DNA of 64,000 nt from Phoronis australis (Eukaryota; Animalia; Phoronida): NCBI GenBank assembly GCA_002633005.1, contig NMRA01000052.1, positions 729,039-793,038 of the forward strand, read 5' to 3'. The translations under genes were made by a program, and so were the position numbers. Under the pieces are notes generated by a model. That model did not search any database, was not told the origin of the DNA, and saw only the letters and a program-made list of their open reading frames with translations. Positions 40,642 to 53,600 of the stretch are shown one piece after another. How positions within the stretch are numbered: the stretch's first letter is position 1; each line of letters opens with the position of its first letter.

Positions 40642-41990
40642 CTACAGCGTGTACCAGATGATTGTCTGAGTAACGCAGAGCTCGCAGTTGCCCTGCGTAG
40701 AAAAACAGTATACCATATCTATAGTGTAGCAACTGGGCAGCGATTACTCTTAGTCGGAATGAATACCACGAGGCAGGGCTGATATGGCCAGGACCCGTGA
40801 CTCCCTAACCTTACTTGACCAATCGTGTGTGACATGCTTTGAGAAAATTTAATTGGTCACTGTAAAATGAAAGTCTTGGTACCTCATGGTGGTGTTTCCT
40901 GAGTGAGACTTGCGTCAGAAATTTGGTGTTACGCTGCACTCATTTAGTTCTGGAAAATAACGAAAACTCTCTTTAGCAAATAGCCATAATTGCTTCTTAC
41001 TGAGAAAATGTTTACAGACGATTTCTTGGCAGTGTTGTGCTGAAAATTACATGGCTGAACCTTTATTTGGTAATTGTGAGTGGGACCATAAGACCAAATT
41101 TCTGTATTAAGTTTTGGTCACTTTCCACGAAACAGAACCCGGGTCCTATTGACAGCAACATGCTACTGTTTTTTTTTTCATTTGTCACAATTCTGCTAAT
41201 TTACTCCATTGTCAACTTGTGAGTATTTAAGTGGGAAATGCGGGACGTAAATGCAAGGTTATTCAAATGAAACCGTAGCTTCCACTTGTCATGAAACTGG
41301 CCAAATCGACCCACCTCATTTCTGCATTCTTATCCAGACTCTAAGCAACTGTGCTCTGGAGCACATTTAGTTACAAGCTGACGATTGAACTCGTGAGACT
41401 ATAAGACTAGACACTCTCTGGCTGGCCAAAGAAGCTGTAACAGAAGTGTTTTTAACCGACCGCTGTTTTCTTGATGAATGTGTCCTGGAATAAAATTTCC
41501 ATCTAGATTTTTACCAGATGTGATGTCTAAGCCTGTTGTCTTGGGTGGTAATGTTTGCAAAAACAATTTGTGATTGGTAATGAATTTTATGGTGCTAATG
41601 TTTTTGTGCTTGTTTAGTGCCTACCCAACGACACAGTCCTTACTGGGCAAAACGTTTCCAATTAGTGGTTAGTTGTCAAGCACTTGTTATATGCCCAACT
41701 GACATCACCTTTTATTTGAAAATTTTGTGTTTGCTGAAATCATGTTATTTGCGATGTTTGAGTAGCGGCAGTTAGAACTGTGCAGCATATTTTCAATGCA
41801 AGTTGTAATTTTATTTTTCTGGTGCAAAATATAGTGTGTACCAGCAACTGTATAACTGAATATTTTGCACTTCTAGGTGTGGTGTTGGTTGTGTAAATCT
41901 TAGATTTGTGTAAATATTGCACTCTTTTTTGTCTTCAGTCATAACTTTAATTTTTGTAATGTTAAACTGAATCGCTGTTAGTTTGTAATT

Positions 41991-42037
41991 AATAAAAATA
42001 CTTTGGAACTGGTTTACTTGATTGAAAATAAAATAAA
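41991..42037 (+). terminator. Probable FUNDC1 polyadenylation signals
   Basis: AATAAA at 41991 and overlapping copies at ~42027-42037, followed by a GT-rich tract, after a T-rich 3'UTR-like stretch; another AATAAA at 41489. Confidence 0.5.
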
Positions 42038-44606
42038 TTTACTGTTCTTGTGGAGTTGTGTTTCTGTGTTCATGGGAGTTGTCAAAACCATATGCCAACA
42101 TACCCATCCCTAAATTTTTAAGTTTGACTTTTAAATACCTGTGTTAGTCTATACATCTACTCCCCGTGCATACAGTTGATGTTTTAAAATGCCCCAGTCT
42201 TTGTGAATACCTAAAACTAGACACACGGAATGTTTTTAAAAACTATATTTTTTTTTGTAGAACGAGACACCTTAGACAGTTTGAGATTATTGCAAGACTC
42301 CATGATAAAACTGCAAAAGTGAGTTTAGCCACAGTGTCACAAGTTGGTGACAAGCTGATATTGGGGATGACTTACAAAATGAATACAGTCTAAGAACTGC
42401 ACAAAAAGTAACAACATTTAACTCTTGACATATCCAATCAAAATCATGATTTCTGTCTTCCAGCATAGTTTAACAATAATGAGAAAATGCTAGTGCTTAG
42501 AAATAACATGCTTAATGACACCACAGACATCCACTTCAGTATCCAAGTCAAATACTTAAGTAATGTAGGTCAGTAACCCTCTATACTTTCATGATCTAGA
42601 ATCGCACATCGAACAACAAATGACTTAAAATTCAAAGGCGTTACAAACTCACTATCTCTGACAGATAATTTAGACCATATATCGCTGTAAAAAAGTGGTC
42701 TCAAATTGTTCTTTTCGCAGAGCATAAAATGACCTTAAAGTGACATACGAACTTTCCGAGCATGTTCTCATACAATAATGAACTGCCAATGCTTTCTAAG
42801 CCCTAAAATCACTGGGCATGAAAGGAGTCGCATCGAAGCCTAAAGCCATGTCAAACGCCATCATAAATAGCGCTACATGATCATACAGTAAACAGAAGGA
42901 ATTACATAGACTTTTTCATTGGTGCAAATGCTTGTCTGGTCTTAGCAAAGACTGTTGTATCTTAAATTTTTATTGGCGAAGTATTCATTAACGTCGTTAA
43001 AGAATGAAGGCGCCGAGCTTGGATATGAATGTTTATGTCAATGGCAATAGTTTACACTATACAACTTACAAAAAAATGTTCCTTTAGTCATCTTAGCTAC
43101 TATGACCAGACTTACGATCTTTAATAAAATGAGCCCCCAATTCATTCGTTTTTTTACTACAGTTGTTGCCACATGTGGCTTTAAATGTTCACGAACTTTC
43201 TTCCTCGCAAACAAAATTTGAGGAACTAAATCGGCATTTTTGAACATATTTTCAGTCAGTTCTAGTTGAGCTGTAGCTGTCATGAAACCGAACTTAATCT
43301 ATTCAAGGTATCTCCAAGTGAGCAGACAACAACATGCTTAAAGAAGTTTCACAATGTATGAACACACTGAATAATGTCAGTAGAGTACGCATCCCGGGTC
43401 TGTCCTTTCTCCGCAATCGACTACTTGCAAATTAATTTCTCTAAAATTTGACCCACGGGCTTTGAAAATAAGTATTCTATAGTTTGATTCTCACCACACA
43501 CAAAAAAGATTGCACATAAGAAGTGTTTTGTTCAGGTTACGCTTAAATTCAGCAAACTCAATTTAGCATTGCCACGATTTGCAACAGAGTACTTCTGATA
43601 ATCATACAGATATAAAAAATTCTCAGCACAAAACACTTAACCATATTAACAGCAACCTAAAATCACTTCTTTACAAAATAATAATCTATATATACAAACA
43701 ATTGGGCATCACACTGTCTCATTTACGATCATCATAGTTTCAACCTACATGATAACTTACTAATGAACAACAATAAAAATAATCACTTTTGCTCAATAAA
43801 AGACAGCTCAGGATAAGATAATTGTTTAACAGTGAATTTAAAATCACCCGCCAATGCTGAGATAAGTGTTAAACATAGAACACTGACATTTGGAATACCA
43901 TCAAATCTAAGAATTACAGAGCCATAATCGACTGCAATTTACAAGATTTGTTGAATACATGACAAAGACGTCTGCTTATTTACAAGGGCTATACTTTGGG
44001 TGGCAATATTTTGTTTTTGAGACATAAACAATACAGTTCAAGGAGTTGAATGAACACCCAACCAAAACACTGGCATCCAAAGGCACCACTATTTATCAGA
44101 AATGTGGTCGAGATGAGATGATCGTTATTTACATATAGGTCACACGAATTGAAAAAGATTTTGCACCAGCTTTGCTCAGGTAAAGTACCTGATGAGAACA
44201 ACTTTAATTCAAAACTTCTGAAAAATTCACTTCAACTATTGTGCAGAGCCATTGGTCTCCTGAGGATTAGTGACTGTCCAATCCCCCCAACTACAGAGCC
44301 TTGACACAGTGCTGCAACATTCACTAGATTCCCACGCCCTCTGTAGGCGTTCCTGGACATCAACTCCAGGGCCTTGACAGAGAGTGGTGCAATATTCACA
44401 GGAATCATACAGTCACTCTACCCCAGTAACAGGCAAGAGAGAGCTGCACTATGCTTACAGTGATTCCAACAAAGAAATACCTACGAGCAAAATAAGTGCA
44501 AAACTGAAGTTTAAATCGAGCCTGTCTAACTACCAACACTTCTCTGTTCTTTGCCTTGTTCTCAGCACTGTCAACACAGGTTCACAACACCACAGTAAAA
44601 TCAGAG

Positions 44607-47600
44607 TCAGAGGTCTCTCGACTGATAAAACAATATGTAGCCAGATTCAGAATTCTTCTGCACATCAGATGTCAGACCGTAGAAATCTTCAATCGCAGTG
44701 GCTTCTATTTTCTGAAAACACAAGAAAACCATTTGAAAGAGAAGGGAATTTATCAAGAAAATTGTTAAAGCAGTGCTAGAGTTTGTGAGTGACTGGACAC
44801 ATATATACCCACATTCACAAATACCACAACGCCAATGACTCACCAGTTATCCTACCCACAATGATACGTTTAATAAGAGAACTTACCTCACTGTTGTTAA
44901 CTTATAACTTTAAACATTGAAATTATAATTCTGGTGCCAGTAAAGATTTACTATTGCAGTTAGTTATTGTTCTTTTGTTGCACAACTCAAATCGAAAGTA
45001 TGTAAGCGGCCAAACCTTTCAAAAACTAGGTCAGCCATTGTTTTTTACCTCCGCAAGAGAGGAGAGTTGATGCGACTATAACCACACTATGCTCACAGCA
45101 AGAAGTGATCATCAGTCAACTACGGCAAAGCTTTGATGTTGACATCAACTTACATCAACAATGTCATCGTCAAACAGCAACCAAAACCCATGGCTCTTAA
45201 CAATGCTAATGTAGTGCCCCCTGTTGGGCCCGCTTCCACAGTGGACAACCACTGCTACTAAGTCATACATGCGATCAGGGTTGCACGCATCGTCCGACTG
45301 TAACAAAACAAAACAGTTTAGTAGAGGGACAAATCGGTGCTAAGCAAACCGTCGCACTGTTGGATGGTTTCGTAATATTCTGGTAAATAACAACTGCATT
45401 GAGGGCGCAAGGGACTTTTTCGTGACTGTGAAACAGCTTTTTACCATGCCAATTGTGAAATTGACATTTTTGATATCCGTGAACTGTGAAATTAGTCCCA
45501 ATTTGTGAATGCCAACGAAAATTGGGATCGAGGCGACTGGAAAGGAAATAGGGGGCAACCTAGTGAGAATCGGACGCACCCAGGTTGGACAATTGACAGC
45601 AACCAAGGGAAAGACGAAAATTTGCCATGATCCATGAAATTTCAAAAATGCTGTTGTGAATCGCAAAGTCGCTAATTCTACATGCGTGAAGTGTGACACG
45701 ACTCCCCCTTCATCCCCCTCAGTATTTGTATTCACTGTACGGAGACGATAGCACAATGCCCCGCTTATGTGTATGTGAACACATAATGAAATGCAATGTT
45801 CATTTAGTTTCAAGATTGAAGCATCTTGGATAGCATTTTGGATGTTTTGACATGAAACCATTATTTGTTGAAAAACCATTGCTTGAATAATCATTGTTTA
45901 AACTTGAGCCAGGGTTCTATTAGGTTATGCCAAATTTTAATTATCTTATAAATGCTTATGAAGACATGAGGATCCCGCGTATTCACAAGTTGACAACATC
46001 AGTTCTAACTTAATTAAAATTACACAAGAAAGTGTGAAACTAAAAGTTCTTCTGAGAATTTAACATACTCTGAATAACATAACTCTAAATTATTACAAAT
46101 TAAACAAATTTCATCAGAAGTTGAGACAACATGAGACAAAACAGCAACAAATTTTTTGATGTTCAGATAATTAGAAAATTTTCTTTACCAAACAAACAGG
46201 GATGAATTGGAAATCCGTACCGTATTAAATAGTCTCAGCTCGAGGGGAAACACTACCCTGTAGGAGAGCTTCGTGTATCTGTTTAATTGTTCAACATATT
46301 TGAACCGTTTGAGGTGAAGAGCTAATATTAGTGGCGTCTTCTTTATCCGCATTCTGAAATGAAGAATAGTAAGGGCCAAGGTTACATAATTAAAAACAAA
46401 CATAAGATAAAAATCCAACGTCTTGACTTCAAAAACTTAAAACTGTCTCAGTCAGTAAGAACATCATCAGCACTCATTCAGCATTCGACTTTTCTGACAA
46501 TGTCACCGATTGTTTATCAATTACTGTACAAGATGATCACTTATTTAGAGACGTGGTAGGTTGGCTACAGATGATTCGACCTGGTCCGCCAGGTCTTTAT
46601 CAATGAATGGGGGATTTCCAGCCTTTCGCTGCTTAAGAATGTTTGAATACAAGGGAGGTAAGTGCATTGATAAAGACCTGGCGGACCAGGACAAAACGTC
46701 GGCAACCAACCTCCCACATCTCTAAGTGATCATCTTATACTGCAATGCCTCTAGAGACCAATGACCAACCTATTTATCAATTAGTTAGTTGCTTGGTAAT
46801 TTTTAAAATTACGTCATAAGAAACGGTTATGTTAGTATCAAACAATATCCATGTCATCAACAAAAGTCACCTACTCTCCACTGATCACTGGTTCAGCCAT
46901 AACAGTACCAGGTGCAACCTGCTGCGTTGAAAAACAACAGCGATACATTTTAACCAATAAGAGGACTCGACACAGCTAGCCAAAAAGTCCCAAAGCAGTC
47001 GCACTCTTACAGTAACAACTAATTTATGAAACAATTATTTCAAACAACAGATTATTTAGTTTGAAAAGTGTTGATTTTGCGTTGCATTTTGCTATTATAA
47101 TGTCAAATAACAACGTGCAACAACATTCATTAATTGATGGCTTTTCACTAACTCACATAAATTACACATTTTTGCCAATGGTGCCTTAGTTCAGGCGGCT
47201 GTGATGGCAAAAACAACTCGGTGATCCCACATTTTTTGTATATTTGTAGTAAGCAAAGACCAATATACAAACTGCAGAACATTTTAAGAATTCAATGACA
47301 AACTGAAACTGTATTGAACCCCTTAAGTGTGTGACCAGGGAACCGTTGTATCAACTCATGCCGCACAGACCTTCACAGCAACCAATGAGCATTTTACAAA
47401 GCAGTTTTCCTGGGATCACCACACTTCCTGTTTTGAAGGGACACAAACTAAAAACAACACCACCCTTCGCCATTTGACCAAAACCCTTCCGTAAAGCTCT
47501 ACTCTGGGACGTGCACATCTGATTTTCATCAATCGGTAATAAAATCAAAATTTGAAAAATATGGACGCGCAATCTCAAGGTGTCCCTCTGGTCGTACTGA

Positions 47601-50600
47601 TCCCGATAAAGCAGCGAGCTGACCCCTGACCTTTTCTGCGCTTCCTGTTTGCTGCAGCAGACCTCGCAGTAGTATTTGTACTCGCTGCACAGTGTCTCTG
47701 TGTTGCTGAAGCCTCGCAGGCAATGGGAAATGGATGTGTTCTGTTCCACATCAACTGACAAGTCCAGGAAGTCCTCGTCTTTACTGCTCACCTGCAAACA
47801 TTAGTTATGCTGATAACCAAAACAATAACAGTGCTAATAGTAACAAAACCATGATAACGATAACAATAACATTAATGTCAACAACAAAATTCTGATGAGA
47901 AATGAAACGAGATTTAAAGACGAAGGCCTGTCGTAAAAGAATTATACATAAAGTTATGTTGAGCACTGATCAGGTAATACGATTATTACCTTACCACATC
48001 TCACTTCACACAATGGCAACTGCCACTCTGATGCGTTCTCTAAACTTTCAATGGTCATAAAAAATTGAGTCGAGAAATAAGGCAAGTTAACCTTTCTGTT
48101 TTCTACAACTGTACTGTGGTCAGACTGATCTAATATGTGTTACTTTTAGGCTTAATAAATTGCATCATTCTAATTTCATCTAACTATTAAGTTGGCCACT
48201 TGTAACCCACCCAAAAGTGCACAGTATAACTTTAAGATCAGACAGCAAATAAAAACCTGAGATTGCTTCAAATTCTTTAATAACTGTTACACAACATTTT
48301 ACAGGAAAAAAATTACGTCAGAATAATACTTTAAATTTCTATCCGTAAGGAAATGTTTGAGATTTTCAACCAGAGGGGGATATCTTGAAAATTTCAGTTC
48401 AAATAGCGAAGAACATAGATTGTGTGGAGTCTTACTGTTTCACAGTTGAGACACCTTGTTTCATTAGTCAGTGTTCCTTGGAATATATCGTGCACCCACG
48501 TAGGCTCTGATTTGTGGTTACTGTTGATGTCATTGCAGTTGCCGTTCCGTGTTTTACTACCATTTTTCTCCGCTACAAAAATCAAACACAAGCTGGAATT
48601 ACGCAACACACATGAACACAAGCAATGGCTTCTATATTAGACACTAAGGCTGGTGCAGGGATAAAGCAAAAAAATAAAAGATCCAAAACGAGACAGTTCG
48701 CTGCTATACACACTGTCGACAAATTTCCACACCAATCCTGCAGATGGTCACATATTAAAACAACTAATAGTCCATCCTGTCCATCCATAACTAACGACAC
48801 TTTCTCAAAGGTTATCAATCAGAATAATTTGGCAGCAGCAACAACGTTCATGATTAAAAAATTCCAATGGTGTTTGCTCGAGATCTCTGTATCTTTGACT
48901 GTCATTAGCTGTCATTTTAATCATTTCTTACGTCTCTTGGCTGTCTGCTTTATTGCTGCACTGTGAATAACTGTCAAAGAATGCCTGCGACATTCAGGTC
49001 TAGACCAGGTCCAGTTCCAATTTTTTTCACAAAACGTACCGAGAGTGACGTACATGAAATAATATCCCACGAGATATCATTCCGCGGAATAATGTCGAGT
49101 TCCAATTTCAGTCCGTTTAGAGCTTCACACAACATAACAAGTTCACATTTTCTTCATCCATTCACAGTTATTCCATGATCCATCTACCATCTCTTAAGTT
49201 GTGTTAACATTTTAAGCGTAAAATTCACCATAAGAACTCCAGTAAGATTTCGCGTAAGTAGCAAGGACTCGGGGCAAAACAAGAACAATATGGTGGATTT
49301 TGCCCTTCTTCCGGTGACGTCACATTGACTAACTGGAAACTCACAAGTGAGCTATTGCACAGACACGGTGTGGAAATATCTCTAGCGGGAAGAGAACATC
49401 AACTCACCTTGCAGGAGGTCCGCCACTGTATTCAGTAAGTAGTTGAGAAACTCGTGGGCATCCTGTTGCATATAGTTATCAAACACCTCTGAAATCAATC
49501 AAATACAAGTTAAATACAATCACCAAACACTCTGAAATCACCCGTTTACAAGTGGTGAAAGGTTTCTGAATTCCACACACTGTCATGTTACAACAGGAGT
49601 TTCTCTACGTCCTTGAAAAACAACTGCAGAGCTTTTAGTTTAGACCATCAGCTAAAGGTTTGCAGTGGTACATACCAATGAAACGTATTGAAGATATCAG
49701 CTGTGACGTTATGTAACGTCGCTGCTAAAGCTGCTACGAACCTGTCTTCCATCAAAAGGACCTATACTATAATTTATAATTTATGATTCAGACCACTTAC
49801 CAGCTTACCACTATAAAGTAAAACTGGTCTCAAGTTTCAACATCTGTCCTACTCAGATGAGAAGTGATTTCTGGACTTGGGACAAAACTGACAGTTTGAC
49901 ACAGTTAGAGACCATGCTTGCACCGCCGAAAGAGCCTGGTATCAAACAAGTGACCTATCGTCAGGATTTTGAGTGACAGCTTAACTGACCAATCAGAACG
50001 CAGCATTCTTGATAACCTTCATTTTCAAGCCGCCACTTTACCCAGCAAAAACACGTCGGGTAAAACTTATTTGCTTGTCGACTTTTCGCGAGGGGGCGAA
50101 GCTTGCGATAGGTCAATTACGAAGTGTACCAAGCCAAGTAATCGCAAATCTAAGCAAGGAACAAGATGGACCAGCACATAAAAAGTTTTAGCCAGACGTA
50201 AGGAGGGTTTATAACGGGTATGAACAGTCTATCTGCTAAGGGCAACATCAGGAACTGTTTTGCAAGTGAAACTTTGTCTGGCACTCACAACGTATCTTTG
50301 CTACAGTGAGTCGTATCATTACACAAAATAACTACCATATCTCTACCACAAAGTTCTATGCAAAATTGCCTTAAAAATTAAGTAAAGCTTACAATTGGCA
50401 GACTTAAGTAGTGATTTTTGTACGATGACGAGAAATAAAAACACTTCAATGACAAAAATTAGTGAAAAAAGATATCGTAATGACATAGCTTTACATTGTC
50501 ACTGACCGTTTTCAACTATTGAATCCATTGCCAACAGATAACACTGACCGTTTTCCTTCCGCAGTTTCTGTATGAACTTCTTTGGCGCAATCGTGCCCAC

Positions 50601-53050
50601 CTTGCGTTTCTGTGTGGCTATGCTGTGGAACAGATCACCCAGGCAGGTCAACAGTGTCTCCCTCTTCTGGCTCTTTTGCAACTGCTTGTAGGCCAGCACC
50701 TTGTCACGGAATGGCTTACAGAAGTACAGCGCCTGCAGCACTGAATTACAGTAGCAGGTGTTGCCAAACTGAAAGGGAAATGTATCACTGCAAGCAGAGG
50801 TGTAACATACGAGGAGGGTGCAAAACCATATACCATATATTGTTGATTTTCAATAGTAAAAGACACTGGCAAAAAATGGAAGTGAGGAGAAACTATCGTT
50901 TTCATAAATGTTTGATAAGGAGCAAATTGAGAACAGTGTTACACCGGTAAGTGGTCTTAATTAATTTCTTTTGACGTAATGCGAGTTTATACCAGTTTTT
51001 AATAAGTAATATTGCAGTTGGTGTTTGTGTGAAAAACACGACCAAACTGTACTTACATTTACTAATCCAAAGTAATGTTCATTGATGGGGAACTGTTCTG
51101 ATCCAATCTCCTTCTCCAACTGGGATCCATTGGCACCCTGAGAAAAAGACATGCGAATATATTTATGGAATCTCTGGCGAAACGACCTCGACAGCAGTGA
51201 CCCCAGAGGTCAGATGGTGGACCAATCACATCAGCATCAACTTTGACTTCTAGGAAACTGAGTCCTATCTGTTAGCCAATCTCTGTTTTCAACAATTTTT
51301 CAATCCATTGTTATTTTTCACAAGATTGTGAACCATTAACAACAAAATACCCAAAGGTGGGTGTACTCTCAGTGCTCTATTTGGTGACTTGTGGCTCCAA
51401 AATTCATTGCAAAATTTGTGGTGACTTCCATTCAATACCTTTGGCTCACGATTGTTCCGTTTAATTTGTGAAATCAGTGTGTTTGCCACCACAGCAGTCA
51501 GCACTTAAATTACGACACGAACTGACGGAAGTTGGAACTATTCATCAAAAATCAGGAAAGATTGGTGAAACACGCACCATCCAGAGTAACCGATCTTCTG
51601 CGTTCTTCGTTGGCAACAGGAATCAAGCTACAGATTGAACTGATTGGAGCATATTTTTTCAGGGTGAAATGGAAAAGGCATGTGTAATTTTTTTGGTCGC
51701 CGAATTCGATGTCAGTTTTGGCGACATCAGATTTCGTTTGGCGACCTGGGAGTTTCAAGAAGACACATTTGGCAACTTGACATCAACCTAAGCGTTGAGA
51801 ACTGACTTTGTTAGTGGTATTGAGTACTTTACTATCAGTGAACCAACATTGTGAGCTAATTTTTTAATTCGGCAAAGTTATCGTCCTCTCCCAAAAGAAG
51901 TCAACCAAATGGCCTGTGCACATATGAGCACATCGCTTTGAAACCAATGTCTTGACTTCTTTTTGTTATTAAAACTGGAGAAGGATATAAAAAAATATCA
52001 GATTGTATTTCTTTTGAATGTTCGCAACAGACAAGGTAGGTGTCATTTGAATGAAGCAGTTACATAAAAATCCTATGCATGGTTGGATATGCTTGATTTT
52101 AAAGTCTCAATGCTAGAGGAAAGGAAACAGTTGTGTTGGGCTGGAAAAGTGAGCTAATTCCCTAAACTTTCAAAATTTTTACCCACATTGTGTACTAGCT
52201 GTGTTTTGTCATACACAGCTAGCTAGTTGATTAAGTCCCCCTTTGTCATCATGAGTAAAAAAAAATAATTGCAGGCGGTCTGGTACACGTTGTACCAGAC
52301 GTGCGCAGGCCGCATGTGGGCCCATTGCACTGATCACCTGGAAATATTTTTGTGCTTTATTAATATATAGTTTAAACCGAGCTGAGGAGTTAGAAACCTG
52401 ACTCAAGGGTCTAGCAGTGTGGCACAGTGGGACTCGAACTCACGACCTCGAGTAAAGAAGGCGGTCACCATCACACTAGGCCACACTGCCTCCTCGTCAT
52501 CGAGAGTACACACCTACATTGAAGTTGACAAGTCAGAGAAAAATCGCCATACTCCTGTTGAGTTTAGGACCTGATTGCTTATTTCACGGGCCAGTCGTAT
52601 TAACTATTCATATTAACCAGTCGGCCAAAGAACATGCTCTTAGCCAGTGAAGAGTAGGTGAATAATTAAGATAAGTCACTAGTAGTAGTAGGAGAGGTCA
52701 GACATTTACACTCACTGTACTGACTGTAGATTCCTTACAGTTGTCATTTTGTTTAGGGGCACTAATGATTTGTGCCTCAACGGCAAAAGAAAGAGAGTAG
52801 CACAGAGGGATACTTGTCAAAACATCAGCTGAAGATAGACGGTAGAGAACCGTCCAGACGAACCCCTAGATCACACAATCAAACTTTGAACTCCGGCGAG
52901 TGGGCCAGTGGCAGAGGCAGTGCCATTGAAAAACAGGCGGAAGTGCAATTAACTTATAAATGCAAAATTTATCAAGCAATTGCAAACACATAATATTCAA
53001 CTTCAATACGGATAAATTTTCGCAGATTTCACCAAACACAATCTTACCAT
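44607..53050 (-). CDS. USP46: Ubiquitin carboxyl-terminal hydrolase USP12/USP46 co-ortholog, 354 aa
   Basis: Exons 53048-53050 (ATG only, followed by gtaaga), 51057-51137, 50549-50768, 49408-49488, 48436-48572, 47631-47791, 46221-46353, 45154-45297, 44607-44711 (1065 nt). Cys box [27 protein letters not shown], His box [19 protein letters not shown]-terminal [12 protein letters not shown] match USP12/46. The ATG-only exon is inferred. Confidence 0.95.
46524..46772. mobile_element. Penelope-like element remnant: inverted terminal repeats each with a hammerhead-like motif, flanked by an 11-bp direct repeat
   Basis: Inverted arms ~46527-46607 and ~46663-46740 share the GACCTGG-CGGA-CCAGG stem; TTTATCAATTA direct repeat at 46513-46523 and 46773-46783; homologous to 9300-9500. 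Confidence 0.7.
52258..52495 (-). mobile_element. tRNA-derived SINE, copy 2, with target-site duplication
   Basis: A box TGGCCTAGTG, B box GAGTTCGAGTCC, T-run 3' end; flanked by GTCATCATGAGTA (52245-52257) and GTCATCGAGAGTA (52496-52508). Confidence 0.8.
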
Positions 53051-53299
53051 TTTCAAACATTAACGCCCATCAGCACTGCGTAATATTCATTTTCATATTC
53101 TCTCATCTCATCAAAAATGCAAACATTATGGTGGACTTGCTACAGGCAGAGACCTCTATGGTCATTTAAATGAAACTCGGAATTTGGGCTTTTTTTCATA
53201 TCAAGTTGCTAAATGAAATACGCGGAGATAAAGTTAATTTTTCCTGTCTTTTATAACAAATAAGATACCAATTTTGTTTATTCTAGAGAAAACTGAAAA

Positions 53300-53540
53300 T
53301 CTCGAAACGTTGTCACGTGACAAGGTGCATGTCCTTTTCGGACTCCATCTTGGTGTAAGTGCATGGGGATTTTCTCTTGTCGGTAGTTATGATCAAAATG
53401 AAGACGTTGTATGTCAGATTCGAGCAAGAATAGTGGCGACAACTGTCACTTAGAACACGGTTTAGCAATGTAATGATAGTAGATGACCTATATACTTCTT
53501 CAGTTGTTTCATTTGACGTTTTCCCTCTCTTCCGTGCGTT
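53300..53540. promoter_or_regulatory. Putative bidirectional promoter USP12/46-RPL21 with TOP/TCT initiator
   Basis: Pyrimidine tract TTTTCCCTCTCTTCC at 53519-53533 typical of ribosomal-protein TSS; YY1-like CCATCTTG 53345-53352; palindrome TTGTCACGTGACAA 53310-53323. Confidence 0.6.
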
Positions 53541-53600
53541 GGCGAAGCCGACACGACGGGCGACAGCCATCGACAGGCCACGATTTGTTAATTTGGCAGC

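Noticed and set aside
40639-40782. 46 open codons after the FUNDC1 TAA-CTA stop (readthrough?)
   Set aside because: TAA is the least leaky stop and a stop-free run of this length is not rare by chance.
45340-45894. 184-aa ORF, the longest in the ORF track
   Set aside because: Lies inside a USP12/46 intron over repeat-like sequence and has no recognisable motif.
48932-48960. 29-nt AG/GT-bounded candidate poison exon in USP12/46 intron 4
   Set aside because: Such pseudo-exons are common; there is no independent support.
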